Assembly: GCA_024679065.1 (NCBI GenBank)
Contig: JAGIQG010000001.1
Coordinates: forward strand, 98,952,001-99,016,000
Length of the DNA: 64,000 nt
Reading direction: 5' to 3'
Source: Sphyrna mokarran
Lineage: Eukaryota
Shown: piece after piece, positions 24,323-38,064 of the stretch
How positions within the stretch are numbered: position 1 is the stretch's first letter
How the letters are laid out: every line of letters starts with the position of its first letter
Translations under genes and position numbers: made by a program
The notes under the pieces: model-generated
The model's database searches: none
Seen by the model: only the letters and a program-made list of their open reading frames with translations
Told to the model about the DNA's origin: nothing

Positions 24323-25199
24323 CTGTAATAAAATAACAAGGGGGACAGAATTAACATCAGACATTGCGGATGCTCAGTTAGAAAAGGAAGGTTGCATACA
24401 TAGTATTGGGCTATACTGGCTACAAAGCTTTTTTGCCATTTTCCCCTAACATTTTCATTCACACCACATCATCATCTACATGCCTCCTTGTTTATTTTTA
24501 TCAAACATCCACACAGTTTGACTCACATTATAATGCATAAAATTAATATGTGCAAAAAATAGATCAGACTGTCAAAAAAAGTGATAGGGACATTGTAATA
24601 TCAAGCTTTGTTTCAGAAAGCAGTCTGAATTTATAAGCCATTTATTTTGGATGGTTGTGTTCCCCATTTCTTTGGGAAAATGAAACAGCTGCAATAAGTG
24701 GAGTGAGATATAAAATCCAGGTTGCTTGTGCATTTTTGGCGTGATGAATGTGCAGAAAAAGATGGGAGCTGGTTTGCTCTGATTCAATTTTCAAAGCACT
24801 TTAAGTAATCTGTGAAATGCAACATGACTGCTGAAGTCCTGACAATAAATCGTACACCTTCAAATGAAATAAGAACAAGTCATTGTTACAAAAGCTCAAG
24901 GTAAAAGAGTTAACCCTTTCCAATCTAAAACACAATTTTAAGCTTTAAAGCATCTTAATTTATTCTTATTCTAATGCTCCTGCAAGAGTAATGCATTCAA
25001 TCAAAACTACTTAAAGAAATGCCTGAGGAATATCTTATTATGTCAATGTGATATCCCATTACGGCATCCTCTGAGGTTACATTGGAAAATTTTCTATCTA
25101 TTCATGTTAACGTTGAATCATAAATACCGTATCTAGTCACTGCCGGTAGTCATTCAATACTTCGCCTAAGTAATCCTTCATCATGTTTGAGCATGGATA

Positions 25200-25440
25200 T
25201 GGAATGTTGGCAGCTAGTAGGAACAATTAGATTTGAATCTGATCCTGTTCTCACCTAACAACAGAATAAACACTTCTGGAAGAGGCAACCAGACATCAGT
25301 CAGAAACAGGATGTTTGGCTGACATGACCTCTTTACCTGCCCACATTAGGCAGGGAATACTTGGTGCTGCCCTGACAGAGGTCAGCTAACTCCATGCATG
25401 TCAGCATTAACCTTGGATCCACCCTCTTTCATTGGCCATT
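25200..25440 (-). mobile_element. Ancient, highly diverged tRNA-derived SINE (similar copies near 15020-15120, 33200-33390 and 51700-51850)
   Basis: Shared gaggtcagctaactc / gatcaactaactcaacac motif and a cagtcag.aacagga..tggctga block. Confidence 0.4.
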
Positions 25441-28400
25441 AAGACTTTGAACCTCAGGTAACAATGCTAAATAAATCTCTTAAGCTTCAATATATTAGCA
25501 CTCCAACTATGATGTTCTATGTGACAGAGGTTACACCTGATCAGGCCTTCCAAATTTCCAGCCACAAGATTGAACGGATGTTTGCAGCGACATAAACACA
25601 GGATCTCTATTGCTGACAATCCGACTTAGCAAGACTGCCAAGATATGGAGTGTGGCAACTTTAGGGTTTCAGTACAATTAAGGCAAATACTAAACTCAAT
25701 TTGGATGTTTTACCTGTTGGGTTTGAACACGCGGTGGGGCAGTGATTTGGTGTGAAACGGGTCCCCAGTCACAGTCAACCCCACAACAAAATTTCACACT
25801 GGGTGGTCAATAGGGGGCCAAATGAAACACGCTCTATGAAAGGTTGAATGTTGCTGGGAGACCAGGCGCTGAGAAATGGGAGAATGCTGGCTGGCACTTC
25901 TAATGGACTCCCTCAGGGGGAGACAGCTGCTGCGGAGATGATTCAGGAAAATGCTGACCTTTAAAAATTAAATTGAGATGGAAATATCATGCAAAGAGTG
26001 TCCGAACAGCACATTCAAACATAAACTTCAGTCCCCAGACATCACCTTTAAATTTTATTTCAGCCCTGACAGTTAATCCCACACTAGGTGGAGGTTGAAG
26101 CTAAAATACGAAAGTCGTCTGGCCAATCGGCCTGCCCACCAAACACAATAGCAGATTGGACACATAAAATTGCATTCAACTGACCCCTTAATGGGCTAAA
26201 TTCCCTGCTTGATTGTCAGCATTTGCATTTCCGACTGTTTCCTGTGCCTGCCAACCAAAATATTGTGTAAGTGAGTAATGATGCCAGCTTCTTTTTACAT
26301 TAATCTTGGCTTTGCTATAGTAGTATCACGTCATGCAGAGAAGGTTTGAAGAAAAACAAACTTAAAAAATTATTTTGTATCTTTTCCGGTTTAAAGTACT
26401 TTACAAAAGAATGGATAATTACTGGCCTCGTAAAAAGGCCACATCTGATCACAAGTGTGTAGATTCTAAGCTGTTCTAATGGATATTGACTAAACCATCA
26501 TCTTCCTGGAATGCAATATGCCTTTGCATTGTATAAATATTCCAGCTAAGCCAACACTAAGAACAAGTAGATGATATATCTGCACCAGCTATCCCTCGTT
26601 AAGGCAAATTTTTTGTGACTTCTCAGGTGGAATTTTAAAGGCACGTCTGTCCAAGTTTCTATGATTCCACCTAAGGCCAACAGAGAATACCGTTCTCCAA
26701 GCCTTGCCCTCCTCTGGAATTGGGGTGGGCATGCTGATAAAATTCTGGCCCTCATCTTCAAAACTGTGCTAATAGTTCTGCAGTTGCCTGCTGAAAGTAC
26801 AATGGATTTTGACAAGGGCTCTTGAAATATATTGCTAACTGAATGACTTAGAAGAGACAAGTGGTTAGCAGTGTGCCTCTGATCTCCATCTCTCCCAAAG
26901 TCAGATTTCCAGAAAGAATCCCTAATTCTGTCTACAAAGTGAACCAACTCAGAATACAACAAACTGCTGCATCAGTGACTTGCAACTGAGTTCTGAAGAC
27001 AAAAAACAGTAATTCTGCCTGACAAAGTCACTTGAAGAAGCTCCACTGGGCATTGATCTACTGGTTCTACCCACATAAATTAATGCCTTGTTGACATATA
27101 TTTTAAGTAACTTGCAATTTGTAATTTCTTTCCCATTATATCTTTCAAACTTGTAAGCTCATGAATGTGTGTCATGACCTATCTCTTGGTTTGAATGTGT
27201 TAATAAATCCTATGTCAGGGCTTTCCTGTCTGCCATGGCAGGTTTTCCTACAGTGGATACAGTGATCCATTCAAATCCTCATTAACTTCAGTGGGACTGG
27301 ATGATCCTGCTAGCAGGACGGTCAGGAGAATCCTAACCCTAGTTTAATTTCACTTGAAAGAATTTGCTGTGTGGTATTTTTTAACATTGGACCTCATAAA
27401 ATAGAATTCTAGCAAATGCATCACAGTCCAGTTCAACAAGGGAACAGATACTAAGGGGAAACAAATTAAATGAGAAATTAAAAACAATTGTTGTCATGGG
27501 CAGAAGACCAGCTTACTAATAGTAATTTAATTCACTTCGCCCTCACATCTGTAACAATAGATCCAAAATGGATTGGAGTGGACTATCTTCAATTGTCTAG
27601 TCAAAATATATCAACAATACATTTGTGAATGCAGAGTGCGTTTATTTGTAGTTTTTATTTATAATCTTTAAATATATGATTTTTCACAATGGGTCGTATA
27701 ACAAGATACCAATGATTTTAACAGCTCTTCAAATTTGCCCTCAAAAGGTGTGAATGGCTAGCAATTCTCCAGAGTACTGCGAGTGTGACTCCATTACAGG
27801 GTGGAGTTTTCCTGTTGGAATTCAGATACTAGAATCAGTATCCTCATGAATAACAACCCTAGCAGAATAACAGCAGCCCAATCCAACCTTTACTCAGCAT
27901 GAATTTCACTGTACTGTTCACTGTGCCACACATTTTCAATTGCATTGACCTTTCAGGCAATACTTCCTGACTGTTAACTCAAGGGTATTTGGAGAGGGAA
28001 GTCTCTGGTTATTCTGACACTGTCTATTGTTTTCTTATTCAAATAGAGAGGAATCCAGGAGGGTTTGATCTCTGGCTCACTCTCAAAATGTTAGATTACT
28101 GTATGCCAAGTGAATGTCAGATGAAAAAATGAACTGTCTTCTGTTCCATGCATATAATTTTCTATTCATTATGCAAACACTACAGTTATTATTATCTAAT
28201 ATCCTGAATGAATGCCATTTTGGTGCCAGTAAACATAACTGTTGTCTCATTGTTTACTGCAACAATGTACCTTTTCATTCAGTGTGATACAAAAGTGTAA
28301 AATACAATTAGTGCATGACAGCTTCAGACAAGTTAGAATAAGATACATTTACAGTCAGACACTCAGTAAAGCAAATGATTGCTACTTCATACCAGAGAAA

Positions 28401-29339
28401 AAATTAGCTAGCGCTCGGCCTGCCTTTCCTTTGAGGAAGATCACTTCAGTTAGAATCATGAAATGCTGCATTACTAAACTAGACAAAAAGGCTGACCATG
28501 AAGGCTGGAAATTCGAAATGCAAACTGAAAGTGTGGAAAATGCATAGATCAAAAAGACATAGTCACTTCTTCATGTAACCCTTTATTAGAGCTTTCTTTC
28601 AGGCACTGATCAATTGTGTTTGAAGTATTTTCTTTTTTTGTTGCCTTATTAATTTAACAACAATGTTCATTTAATCAAATGGGCATCAAAAAAAGGGGAA
28701 AAGGCTGAAAGTCTTAAGAAGTATCTAATTAGATACTTAGATGGTTAGCAAGATATCACTGTTAGAACATTATTTATATTACGTACAAGAACATTTTCCA
28801 ATGAAGCCCCAGAACCATTTCATCTTTGCATACTGCATTCAAGTTGGAATATACATCTGAGGATCTCAGAGGCCTTTCTGGATCAAAGTTAAATAAATGC
28901 CAAAGAAAAAGAAAAAGACAACCTGATAGCTAAGTTCTAACATTCTAACAGACTCTCAACTACCCTCCTTTGCTTCGATTCAAAATTGAGTTTACATCAC
29001 TTGCATAACGTCATGCAGAGTCGGCCTTTTGTATTGCGATTCACAGCCAGCTCCCAAATACAGGAGACCACTATGATTAAATTCTGATACACAAAGAACC
29101 GCTCAATGAAACACTTCAATATCTGACTTATTAATGTGTGTTTGTAGTGAGGATCTTTGCAACTGCTGTAGTCATTCATGGTATTCTCTCCTAGAATGCT
29201 AAATACACATCCATTAGGGCTTTTGCATTTTATTATTATCTGTAGATGCATTAGAACAGCCAATTTTTAGAAACACTAAAACTGTATTCAAATAAGAGCA
29301 CCACATCTAAACATACGTATACATGACAGAAGCACAGAT

Positions 29340-30660
29340 GTCTTACAGAGCAATAGGAGGCCATTTGGCTCATCACCTCTGCACCAGCTCTCCAAACAAG
29401 CATTACGACTTAGTGCCTTTTCCTTGCCTTTCCTTGTTCCCTGCCCATTGAAATAATTTAATCTAATGTCCTCTTGTATGCCTCAATTGAACCTGCTTCC
29501 ACTACATTTGGAGGCCGTACATTCCAGAGCTGAACAAGTCACTGTGTGAAAAAGCTTTTTCTCACATCACATTTGCTTCTTCGGCAAATCACTTTAATCT
29601 GTGCCCTCTCATTCTTAACCCTTTTATAAGCTGTACCAGTTTCTTTCTATCTATTCTCTCCAGTCCCCTCACGATTTTGAACACCTCTTTCAAATCTTCT
29701 TTTAGCCTTCTTCTCTCGAAGGAGAACTATTCTAACTTCTTCAATCTATCCTCATAACTAAAGCTTCCCATTCTTGGAGTTATTCTTATAAACCTCTATT
29801 TTTTAAGTTTCCTTATTGTGTCACAAGTAGGCTTACATTAACAGTGCAATGAAGTTACTATGAAACTCCCCTAGTTGCCATACTCCAGCACCTGTCTGGG
29901 TACACTGAGGGGAAATTTAGCATGACCAATGCACCTAACGAGCATGTCTTTCATAGTGTGGGAGGAAACCCACACAAACACAGGGAGAACATGCAGACTC
30001 CGCACAGACAGTGACCTAAGCTGGGAATCAAACCCAGGTCCCTAACACTGTGAGGCAGCAGTACTAACCACTGTGGCACTATGTCTTCTGCACTCTCTCC
30101 AATGTCCTTCTTATGGCTTGGCACTCAGAACTGTACACACTATTTCAGTTAATGTGTAATTGGTGTCTTGTTTATGTTCAATATAACCTCCTTGCTTTTG
30201 TACTCTATGCTTCTATTAACAAAATCCAAGATACTGTATATTTTATTAACTGCATTCTCAGCCTGTCCTGCTACCTTCAATGATTCCCCTCTCATGCACT
30301 CTCTTAATAATTGTACCCCTTATTTTATGTTGTCTCTCCATGTTCTTCTGACCAAAATACATCACCTCACATCTCCACATTGAACTACATCTGCCACCAA
30401 TCTGCTCACTCCAACCAACATGTCTACTTGAGTATCCTAATCAAATTTTACAATGCCTCCAAGTTTCATGTCATCCGCAAACTTTGAAGCTGTCCCCTAC
30501 ACACCAAGCTCTAGATCATTGATATACCACAAGACATCAATACCAACCGCCGGCAAACTAGTACAAACCTTTCTCTGGCTTGAAAATTATCTGTCGGCTA
30601 TTATTCTCCTACATTTCAACCAATCTGTATCCAGTAGAACAGTTCCTTTTATTCCTAATA
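29340..30660 (-). mobile_element. Decayed CR1 LINE 3' portion, interrupted by a SINE
   Basis: ttacagagcaataggaggccatttggc tail, cattccag..ctgtgtgaaaa, cagaactgtacacacta (reverse of EYCVQFW) and gtcatccgcaaact (reverse of KFADD). Confidence 0.8.
29799..30083 (-). mobile_element. tRNA-derived SINE nested in CR1
   Basis: Reverse of cagtggttagtactgctgcctcacag..gggacctgggtttgattccc (A/B boxes), V-like core and cattgcactgttaatgtaagcctacttgtgac tail. Confidence 0.88.
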
Positions 30661-31741
30661 TTAAGGACCTGTTCTCAATCCCAATTCTTTTAAATTAACA
30701 TTTCATTGAATTATCAGGTTATGAGATTGTCAGTTTTACATTTTATTGCTGTGTAGAATTTTTAAATTCTTTTAGGCCTCTCTAACATAGTGTCCAATAT
30801 ACAATAAAAAAAGCATGCTGTCAGAAAAGAACATAAACTAGAGAGATACCATAACAATGAGCCAGAGCAAAAGATGTGGATTATTAGACAGAGAAACAGC
30901 GAGGGGCAAATGCTGCAATTTAAAAGGAGTAATGGAAATGTGCAGAGTTACCCTTGTGGCTATTTAATTTCTATCTAGAATGGACACAATAGAAAAGCAA
31001 TCTTAGAAATTATAGACTTCCTACATGAATCTTACTTTGGTTTTGTCAGTTTAACCCTCCGTGAGGAGAAACTCTCAATGCTTATATCAATGGTAAGGTA
31101 TTTTTACTAACACAGCTTCACTGTCCTTTGAACTTTGCTGCGATAAATCTCCTGTAGATGGTAATCTGCCCATAAATTTAATTACTGGTAATTTTATTTT
31201 CCTCCAAGGCATGTCCCAGGACTCACAACAATGCAAGCATAAATCTCCGCCTCCATGAATTGCTTTCATAAATACCTTTAATCAGCTAAGTTTCTTGTGA
31301 CAAATTGTAAAAGCAACTTAAACCAGATAGTAAAAGCCCAACATATGATGCACAAAATGGCAATAGTGACAAAGGTGATATTTTGCCAAATTGAAAAAAA
31401 GTTCCAATTTCAAACAGGTGCTGGAGTGAAAGTATCTTCGCACAACGCTCCCACTTTGAAATGGGATAAGGACATCTCTCCATAGCAAATTGCAAATTAG
31501 CTTTACTTCCTTTTTATGACACTGGTTCCTCATTGCCTTACTCCAATCAGCTTATGTTAACCTAATTATTTCCCCATTGATTACTAGGACATTAAAAATA
31601 TGCTGAAATGAGCTATGTATTTAATCATGACAGAAATGTAACGCATTAGTCACCGGCAGTTCCACAGCTCTGCCACCCCATGAGAAGGAGCTTTTTGGAT
31701 GACTTGGCCTGAATTATAAAAGAAGTCACTTATTAGCTGCA

Positions 31742-31866
31742 ACTTACACTTCCAGGAAGGCAGTTAGTTAGTGAGCAGGAGTGGGCGTGCGAGGGACAAC
31801 TAAAGCTAAATGCAGCAGTACAGCATGTTCACTGCATAGCTAGCGGAACTGGTGCCTATATTTATA
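31742..31866 (-). promoter_or_regulatory. Candidate internal core promoter and first exon in slit2 orientation
   Basis: TATAAATA (31866-31859), an Inr-like TGCAGT with A at 31833, and a GTAAGT donor at 31747-31742, in unique sequence that retains CpGs. Confidence 0.3.
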
Positions 31867-32464
31867 AAGCCACACCTCACAAGTTACTAGATTCCACTTA
31901 CATTACTACAGGATTAAACTAGAAATTTGAAGTGGTTTATATCACACACACTTTGTACAATTATTGTGTGCATGTGCAGCTGCTAATGTTGCTTAATGCA
32001 ACCATTTTAGGCATGCTGGCCAATGGCTGGGGAAAGTTTGCCCAAATCTCCAAACTCTTCTGATGCCTTTGCAGCTTGAACGTGAGTTATGTTGCCCAGT
32101 GAAACCACTGGTTGCCAAAAGAAAGAAACCCACCTCCTGTAGCAACGTGTTTTTCTTGGTTTGTGTTGTTGTCAGGAGCAGAATTGGTGCTAAGAAATTC
32201 TTTCACTTATTCATGCCCATTTACATTGCCAGTTTTCCATTGCCATCAGTAGCAACATAAGCGTAGCATTAGAAATCAATGTTATGCTTTTAATCCTACC
32301 ATCTTTTTATATTGTTAAGATCTTGTCAGGTCTGGGCAGTGCTGAAAGACAGCATATACAACGGTCGGCACATATGGATGGTGGAATGGAATTTGCAATA
32401 TAAACAGTCCTGTTTTCAATCATCATACACCGACAGCCAAATGACAAGTAACTTGTTATACCAT

Positions 32465-32692
32465 ATAAAAGCAAAACACAGCAGATGCTGGAATCTGAAA
32501 CAAAAACAAAAATGCTGGAAAATCTCAGCAGTTCTGACAACATTTGTGAGGAGAAAATAGAACTAACATTTTGAATCTAGAATACCCTTGGTCAGAGCAG
32601 ATAAAGGGTCATCTAGACTCAAAACGTTGGCTCTATTCTCTCCCCCCAGATGCTATCAGACCTGCTGAGATTTTCCATCATTTTCTGTTCAT
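32465..32692. mobile_element. Palindromic Penelope-end element with two inverted, decayed hammerhead-like cores and a 13-bp target duplication
   Basis: Arms gaaaatctcagcag.tctgaca.cat / atgctatcagacctgctgagattttc; centre cccttggtcag|agc|agataaagggtcatctagactcaaaac; flanks gtaacttgttata (32448-32460) and gtaacttgctata (32693-32705). Confidence 0.8.
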
Positions 32693-33429
32693 GTAACTTG
32701 CTATAGATGTTGCAGTTGATCTCACTCTTCATACTTGGCACCACAAAGCAACACTACAACAAAATGGTTTTGTTTAGTCCGAATTCAGTGATTCTTCAAA
32801 CTCCTCCTATACAGATTTCTCAGTAATATGATCTGAGCTGCTTTTTTTTAAACGTGCACTTATGTGACTGATCATTCACAACAAGTCCTGGAAAACTTAC
32901 AATGTATCAATTACATGCTTCATAGTAACACTGCTTTGTCCCAGTCTTGCTAATCAATATTAATAAAAAATAAACCATTCTAAATGGATCAAATATGTAT
33001 TCAGTTATTCTCTCACAAATTTGTCTTTCACATAATGGGATATGTCTAGTTAAAGTCAAATATAAATATAATTGTCTGCCATTTTCTCAATAGATGTTAG
33101 AACATTTTCAGTGCATTGTGATTATTACTAACGCATGAGCCAAAACAATAAGTTCTGGCAACTATTCAGTAATAAGTAAGCTCAAACCCATCCTTGTCTG
33201 GTATCTGTATGTACATTCCTGGAGATGGTTAGCAATCAGAAGCAGGATCCAAAACAGGGTCTTGTTTTTCCCAGGATACTGAGGCCAGCGGTAGTGTCCT
33301 CCTGTTATACCATTTGAGGCCAACCAAATTAGATTGACCAGATGCTGAATCTCTGATCTGTGATACAGTGGATGGAATTTACTGTTCACAGCAGTAGGTC
33401 TGTACACTGGCTTTAGAGCCAGTGTCAAC

Positions 33430-33960
33430 CCTGTGCCTCTTCACAACCCCCTCCACAACCTCCCCACCAACCTGACCCACAGCCAATCAGGTAGTCAGCC
33501 TGGATCCTTGTCATTCTCAAGGTGGATATCCCAACTCTGAGAGCTGCTGACCAATCAGAGCCCAGCAACTCTCCAGCAACAGCAGTGCCACCAGGAACCC
33601 TGGCAACTGACAGAACTACAGTAGGCTTAGACTGCAGGACTGCCACAGGAAACTGAACTGAGATTAGGTAAGGTAGAAGCCTGGTAAAGATGGGAAGGGC
33701 CTTCCATGGGTCGCTCATACCTCTGGCAGGTCTCTTTGTTGGGCACGCGTCCCCAGTAAGCCAAATGCATACCCAGCAGGGTAAACTGGTGCACTGCTGA
33801 CATGGCATGGAGACCTCCCCCCATCTCTGCTAAAAGGCAGCAGGGGGTGCATGAAGTACCAGACTTAATCAAAGAGTAGTCGGTGATGGTCAGGAAGATG
33901 ATGGGAGTCTCCATCAAGAAGTTCCCCATCTGATTAAAAACACGTCCATTGCCTCATAGC
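33430..33960. mobile_element. Decayed non-autonomous DNA-transposon-like fragment
   Basis: gagagctgctgaccaatcagag...cagcagtgccacc motif related to the 22480-24080 cluster; GC-elevated. Confidence 0.4.
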
Positions 33961-34767
33961 CTAGCTGTGAGATGTTGTGTGTGTGTGAGAGGGGGGATGG
34001 GGGGGGTGGAATTAAATGCCAGTCAATGAGTTGGACAGGAGAGCTCAATCTGTATCATAACTAGGATTTCAATAAAGCTTATTAGTGGTCATACTGAAAT
34101 TTATATGCCATGTCTACTTAAACTGAAAGTAAAACAGCCAATAAATCCACTTATATCAGTGATGGTAAGATGCAGAAGTCTAGAATTTCCCAAGGGCATT
34201 CTGATGGTCTGTTGCTGTAGCTTTGGTGGCTGATAGCAGAGCTCAATGACATGTGGCATAAATTTGTGTCGTTCCCTTGGTGTTTTTTCAAATCTTTCAC
34301 TGTAGAGAGCCTGTGGAAATTTCAGTCAAATTGCTGCAAAAATACAGCAAATCCAGCAGTATCAAATGACATGTCTGGTTACAGTTCCCTTCCGAAACAT
34401 GGGACTATAGAGAGAAGCCTAAAGTAAGGAACTATTGGTGCATTGGCCATACATTAAAATGCATTACTTCAAATGCACTTTTTCTAATTGGATTTTAGTG
34501 CCAAAGATGTTTAATAAAACTTATGACAGCACAATTCATTTTTGCAATTTAGTATCAGGTCTGAGTGACAGAAGAGAGTCAATTTTAATTTTGGCAATGG
34601 TTCTGGGTGCAAATCAATTTCTATCTTAAGCACAGTGGTCACACACTAACATGCTCCTCTGTGACATTTCATTTCCCCCTGACACAGTAAAAGGTTTTGG
34701 CACAAACTCCGCCTCAGGACAACCAGCAGTCACAGCAATGGCTGCTGTGAGATATCTGAAATCCACT

Positions 34768-35080
34768 ACTTTTAAAGTTTTTAAAAAAAGTTTATTTACT
34801 ATTGTCACAAGTAGGCTTACATTAACACTGCAATGAAGTTACTGTGAAAATCCCCTAGTCGCCACAGTACGGCACCTGTTCGGGTACACTGAAGGAGAAT
34901 TTAGCATGACCAATGCACCTAACCAGCACGTCTTTGAGACTGTGGGAGGAAACCAGAACACATGGAGGAAACCCATGCAGGCATGAGGAGAACATGCATA
35001 GTGATGATCCAAGCCAGGAATCAAATCTGGGTTCCTGGGGCTGTGAAATAGCAGTGCTAACCACTGTGCCACAGGGCCGC
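34768..35080 (-). mobile_element. tRNA-derived SINE, near full length
   Basis: Reverse reads ggcacagtggttagcactgct (A box), cagatttgattcc (B box), V-like core and gattttcacagtaacttcattgcagtgttaatgtaagcctacttgtgac tail. Confidence 0.88.
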
Positions 35081-35279
35081 CCTAGCTGTCACTGGACACA
35101 AAGGCCATCTCCATGTCAATTAATATTTCATCTCTAAGAAAATCTGAAATGCAAATCAGTTTCCCACTAGGGGTTTGGATTTCTGAACAAAACCAGACTT
35201 TGTGACTGTTTTCCATCTTTGAGATGAAAATTCGGTCCCACACATTACTCATCTCTCAGACCACTTACTTCCACTTCTG

Positions 35280-35810
35280 CAACAATACTTGCTTCTGTCC
35301 AGCCTCACTCCTCAATTGCTGAAATCTTGCCTGTGCTTTTATTATCTTTTGTGATGCTCACGTCCCATGATTGAATTAAAAAAAAACAAGATCAGTGGGG
35401 TAAATTTTCACTTTTGACAGTGGTGGAAAACAGGCGGTATCAAATTGGCTGCTGTTATACAACTTGGCTAATTTTCTTTTCTCATTCTTTGTAAGTTTAA
35501 ACTAATTCAATTTCAGTCTTGTTCGCCCATCACTCTCACCCACGCTGACCTGCACTGGCTTCCAGTCGTCCAGTATGTTAAATAATTAAATCTTGCCCTC
35601 AACTTCAAATTCCTCAGTTTTCCTTTGCAGTCTCCTCCAATCTCATGCTCTGCTTTGAACTTCTGCGTAGGCCTTTTATGGATGCCTCCTCTTTTCATCT
35701 CATCTTTGATGGTGGAGCCTTTAGTTGCCGGAACCTGTTCCCTGGGATTCCCTCTGTAAAACCTCACCAACCCCATTTTCCTTCTTTTAAACTGTGTTCC
35801 ATTAAGCCTT
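35280..35810 (+). mobile_element. Decayed L2 LINE 3' fragments
   Basis: cccatcactctcacccacgctgacctgcactggcttccagt (ITP.L.DLHWLPV-like) and tggtggagcctttagttg. Confidence 0.6.
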
Positions 35811-37414
35811 CAGTCAAAATGCTAACCTTTTCATCTTGCTTTGCTGTCTATTGCTTAGTTCATTTTATCTATTGTCCTGGAATATTTTGTATGTCGGACA
35901 AACCATCTTGATGTCATTTATGAAGATGCATCCTTTGGCTTTGCCTTGTGGTTAGGCAGGCACAATAATTTGAGATGTGCACACTTCTTTTTCATATTAA
36001 TCAATCAGACTAAAGACACTTTCGGCAAAGCACCATAAGCTTTTGAAATGCTGAATGTATATAAATAAGTTGACAGATTAAAATGATGAGATACACTTGA
36101 TTTGTGCAGTGGCGTACTCCCATATAAAATGACCATAAAAGTGATATTAAGGATTCTCAAAGCAAATTTCTGGATCTCAGACATCTTTGCTATGTTTAAG
36201 TGTCATGACCAGTATGATATGAAGTTGGCCAATACATTTAAAAATTGAACACAAACAAGCGATTAAGGTAGTTGTTGCAAATCATATGATTTTTGAAATT
36301 TAGAATACAGACAATAGCATGTCCCAGTGAATATCAAATTAAACACAGACAATCTATAACTATCCGAGGAATCAATACTATTTATGGATGGATCAACATG
36401 AAAGCTATGAAGTTATCAGTTGATCTTTCTACAAAACAAAAGATCAGAACTCAATTGGTGACAGGTGGAAATGAATAAGCTCTATCGCCATCTCTTTTTC
36501 TTTCAATCACAATAACTGTCTAAAACCCTCAGAAGAATTAGTCCATAACACATAATTTTGAAATAAACATAAACACATCTTATTTGGAAAAGACTTTAAA
36601 CTTATGAAAAGTCATATGGTGAGAAGGCCACATTTCCTGGCTCTGTTTAAAAGATTGTTTTGCCGCTAGGTTCCACCAAACCATTAAACATCAGTTCATC
36701 CAGTCTATGAACCAGATTCAGAACAAGCTGAGAGATGACAGTCAGGCAGAATACTTAACTGTTCCAGTTAAAATTTACCTGAGAACTTAGAAATTTGACT
36801 AGAAGAAACCTCAAATCCTGCTGGGAACCTTTTCCATTGCAACTCCTTCCCTTCAATTTTAAAGTATCAAGATAATTCAAGAAACTATACGCCTGCCAAA
36901 TGGGAGATTAGATCTCATAAAGTGGAGATTGAGAAAACTGTAGTGTGTAAAAATACATAATTTTTATTTGTATAACTTAGTGACTGTGAATGAATGTGCT
37001 TTACGCTATATTTAATTTGGGATAGGTGCACGAGAATAAATAACTTTATTTTTAAACTCACAAAAGCTTGCTGCTGAACAACTTAAATGAGATAAATTCT
37101 CAAACAACATGAGAAAAAGCTCACACCTATCTCCATAAAAAACATGCAAATCATATTAATAGAGCATGTACATTCTGTCAGTGACACAAGATAAAACAAA
37201 AGTAGGGCCATTCGTCTTTATGCTATAGTATATAAACAAGAAACATTTATCATCAGCCTGCTTTACATCTTTCCCAATTTTTATTTCCATAACAGAAGTT
37301 CATTCTCAAAGACCTCACAGAAGTAACAATTACCCTCAGAATGGAAATATGTTTAACTTTGTGCTGTTCCACTGTATTTTCTTCCTCTGTGTATATCTCT
37401 TTAGTTGTAATTCA

Positions 37415-37730
37415 CAGAAATCATAGAATCCCTACAGTGTAGGAGGGCCATTGTTCAACCCATCGAGTCTGTACCAGCACAATCCTATTCAGGCCGTATT
37501 CCTGTAACTCCACACATTAACTTTGCTAATCCCCCTGACAATGGAGTCAATTTAGCATGATCAATCAACCTAACCTTCACATCTCTGGACTGTGGGAGGA
37601 AACCGGAGCACCCGGAGGAAACCCACGCAGACACAGTGTGAAAGTGCAAACTTCACACGAAGACCCGAGGCCAGAATTGAACCTGGGTCCCTGGCAGTGT
37701 GAGGCAACAATTCTAACTATTGTGCCACCC
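37415..37730 (-). mobile_element. tRNA-derived SINE (HE1-like) with a CR1-type tail
   Basis: catagaatccctacagtg.aggagggcc tail, tgtgggaggaaaccggagcacccggaggaaacccacgcagacac core and gaattgaacctgggtccctggc..tgtgaggca head, all reversed. Confidence 0.9.
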
Positions 37731-38064
37731 CTAATTGTTTTGACTGATGGTTAAGCCTGAAGCACATGATCTGCAGAATATTTTTGAACATGGCAGTGCA
37801 TTTCCTCCAACTGAGAAAAAGTATGAATGCATTTGAACTACAAATGTTAATTCAATCAATAAAAATCTAATTATCAATCTTTTTGCAAACCATCCCTTTT
37901 ACAACAATGCAAAAGCATTGTGAGATCACAAGAAGTAGAGATCTGCCTATGGAAACCATCTTGAGGTATAAGCATGAGGGTTAGGAAAATGCTTAAATTG
38001 TGAAAATCATTTGGATGTAGACATTTTGTGAAAACTTTTGTCAAAGAGACTACATATGAAATAT

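Noticed and set aside
24247-24462. ORF-track proteins 24247..24462 and 8692..8898 as stand-alone genes
   Set aside because: Only the internal 72-bp and 164-bp segments bounded by AG/GT are Slit-like; the rest is intron read-through.
34990-35075. tRNA genes suggested by A/B boxes in several places
   Set aside because: All are SINE heads attached to SINE bodies and tails; none forms a complete cloverleaf.
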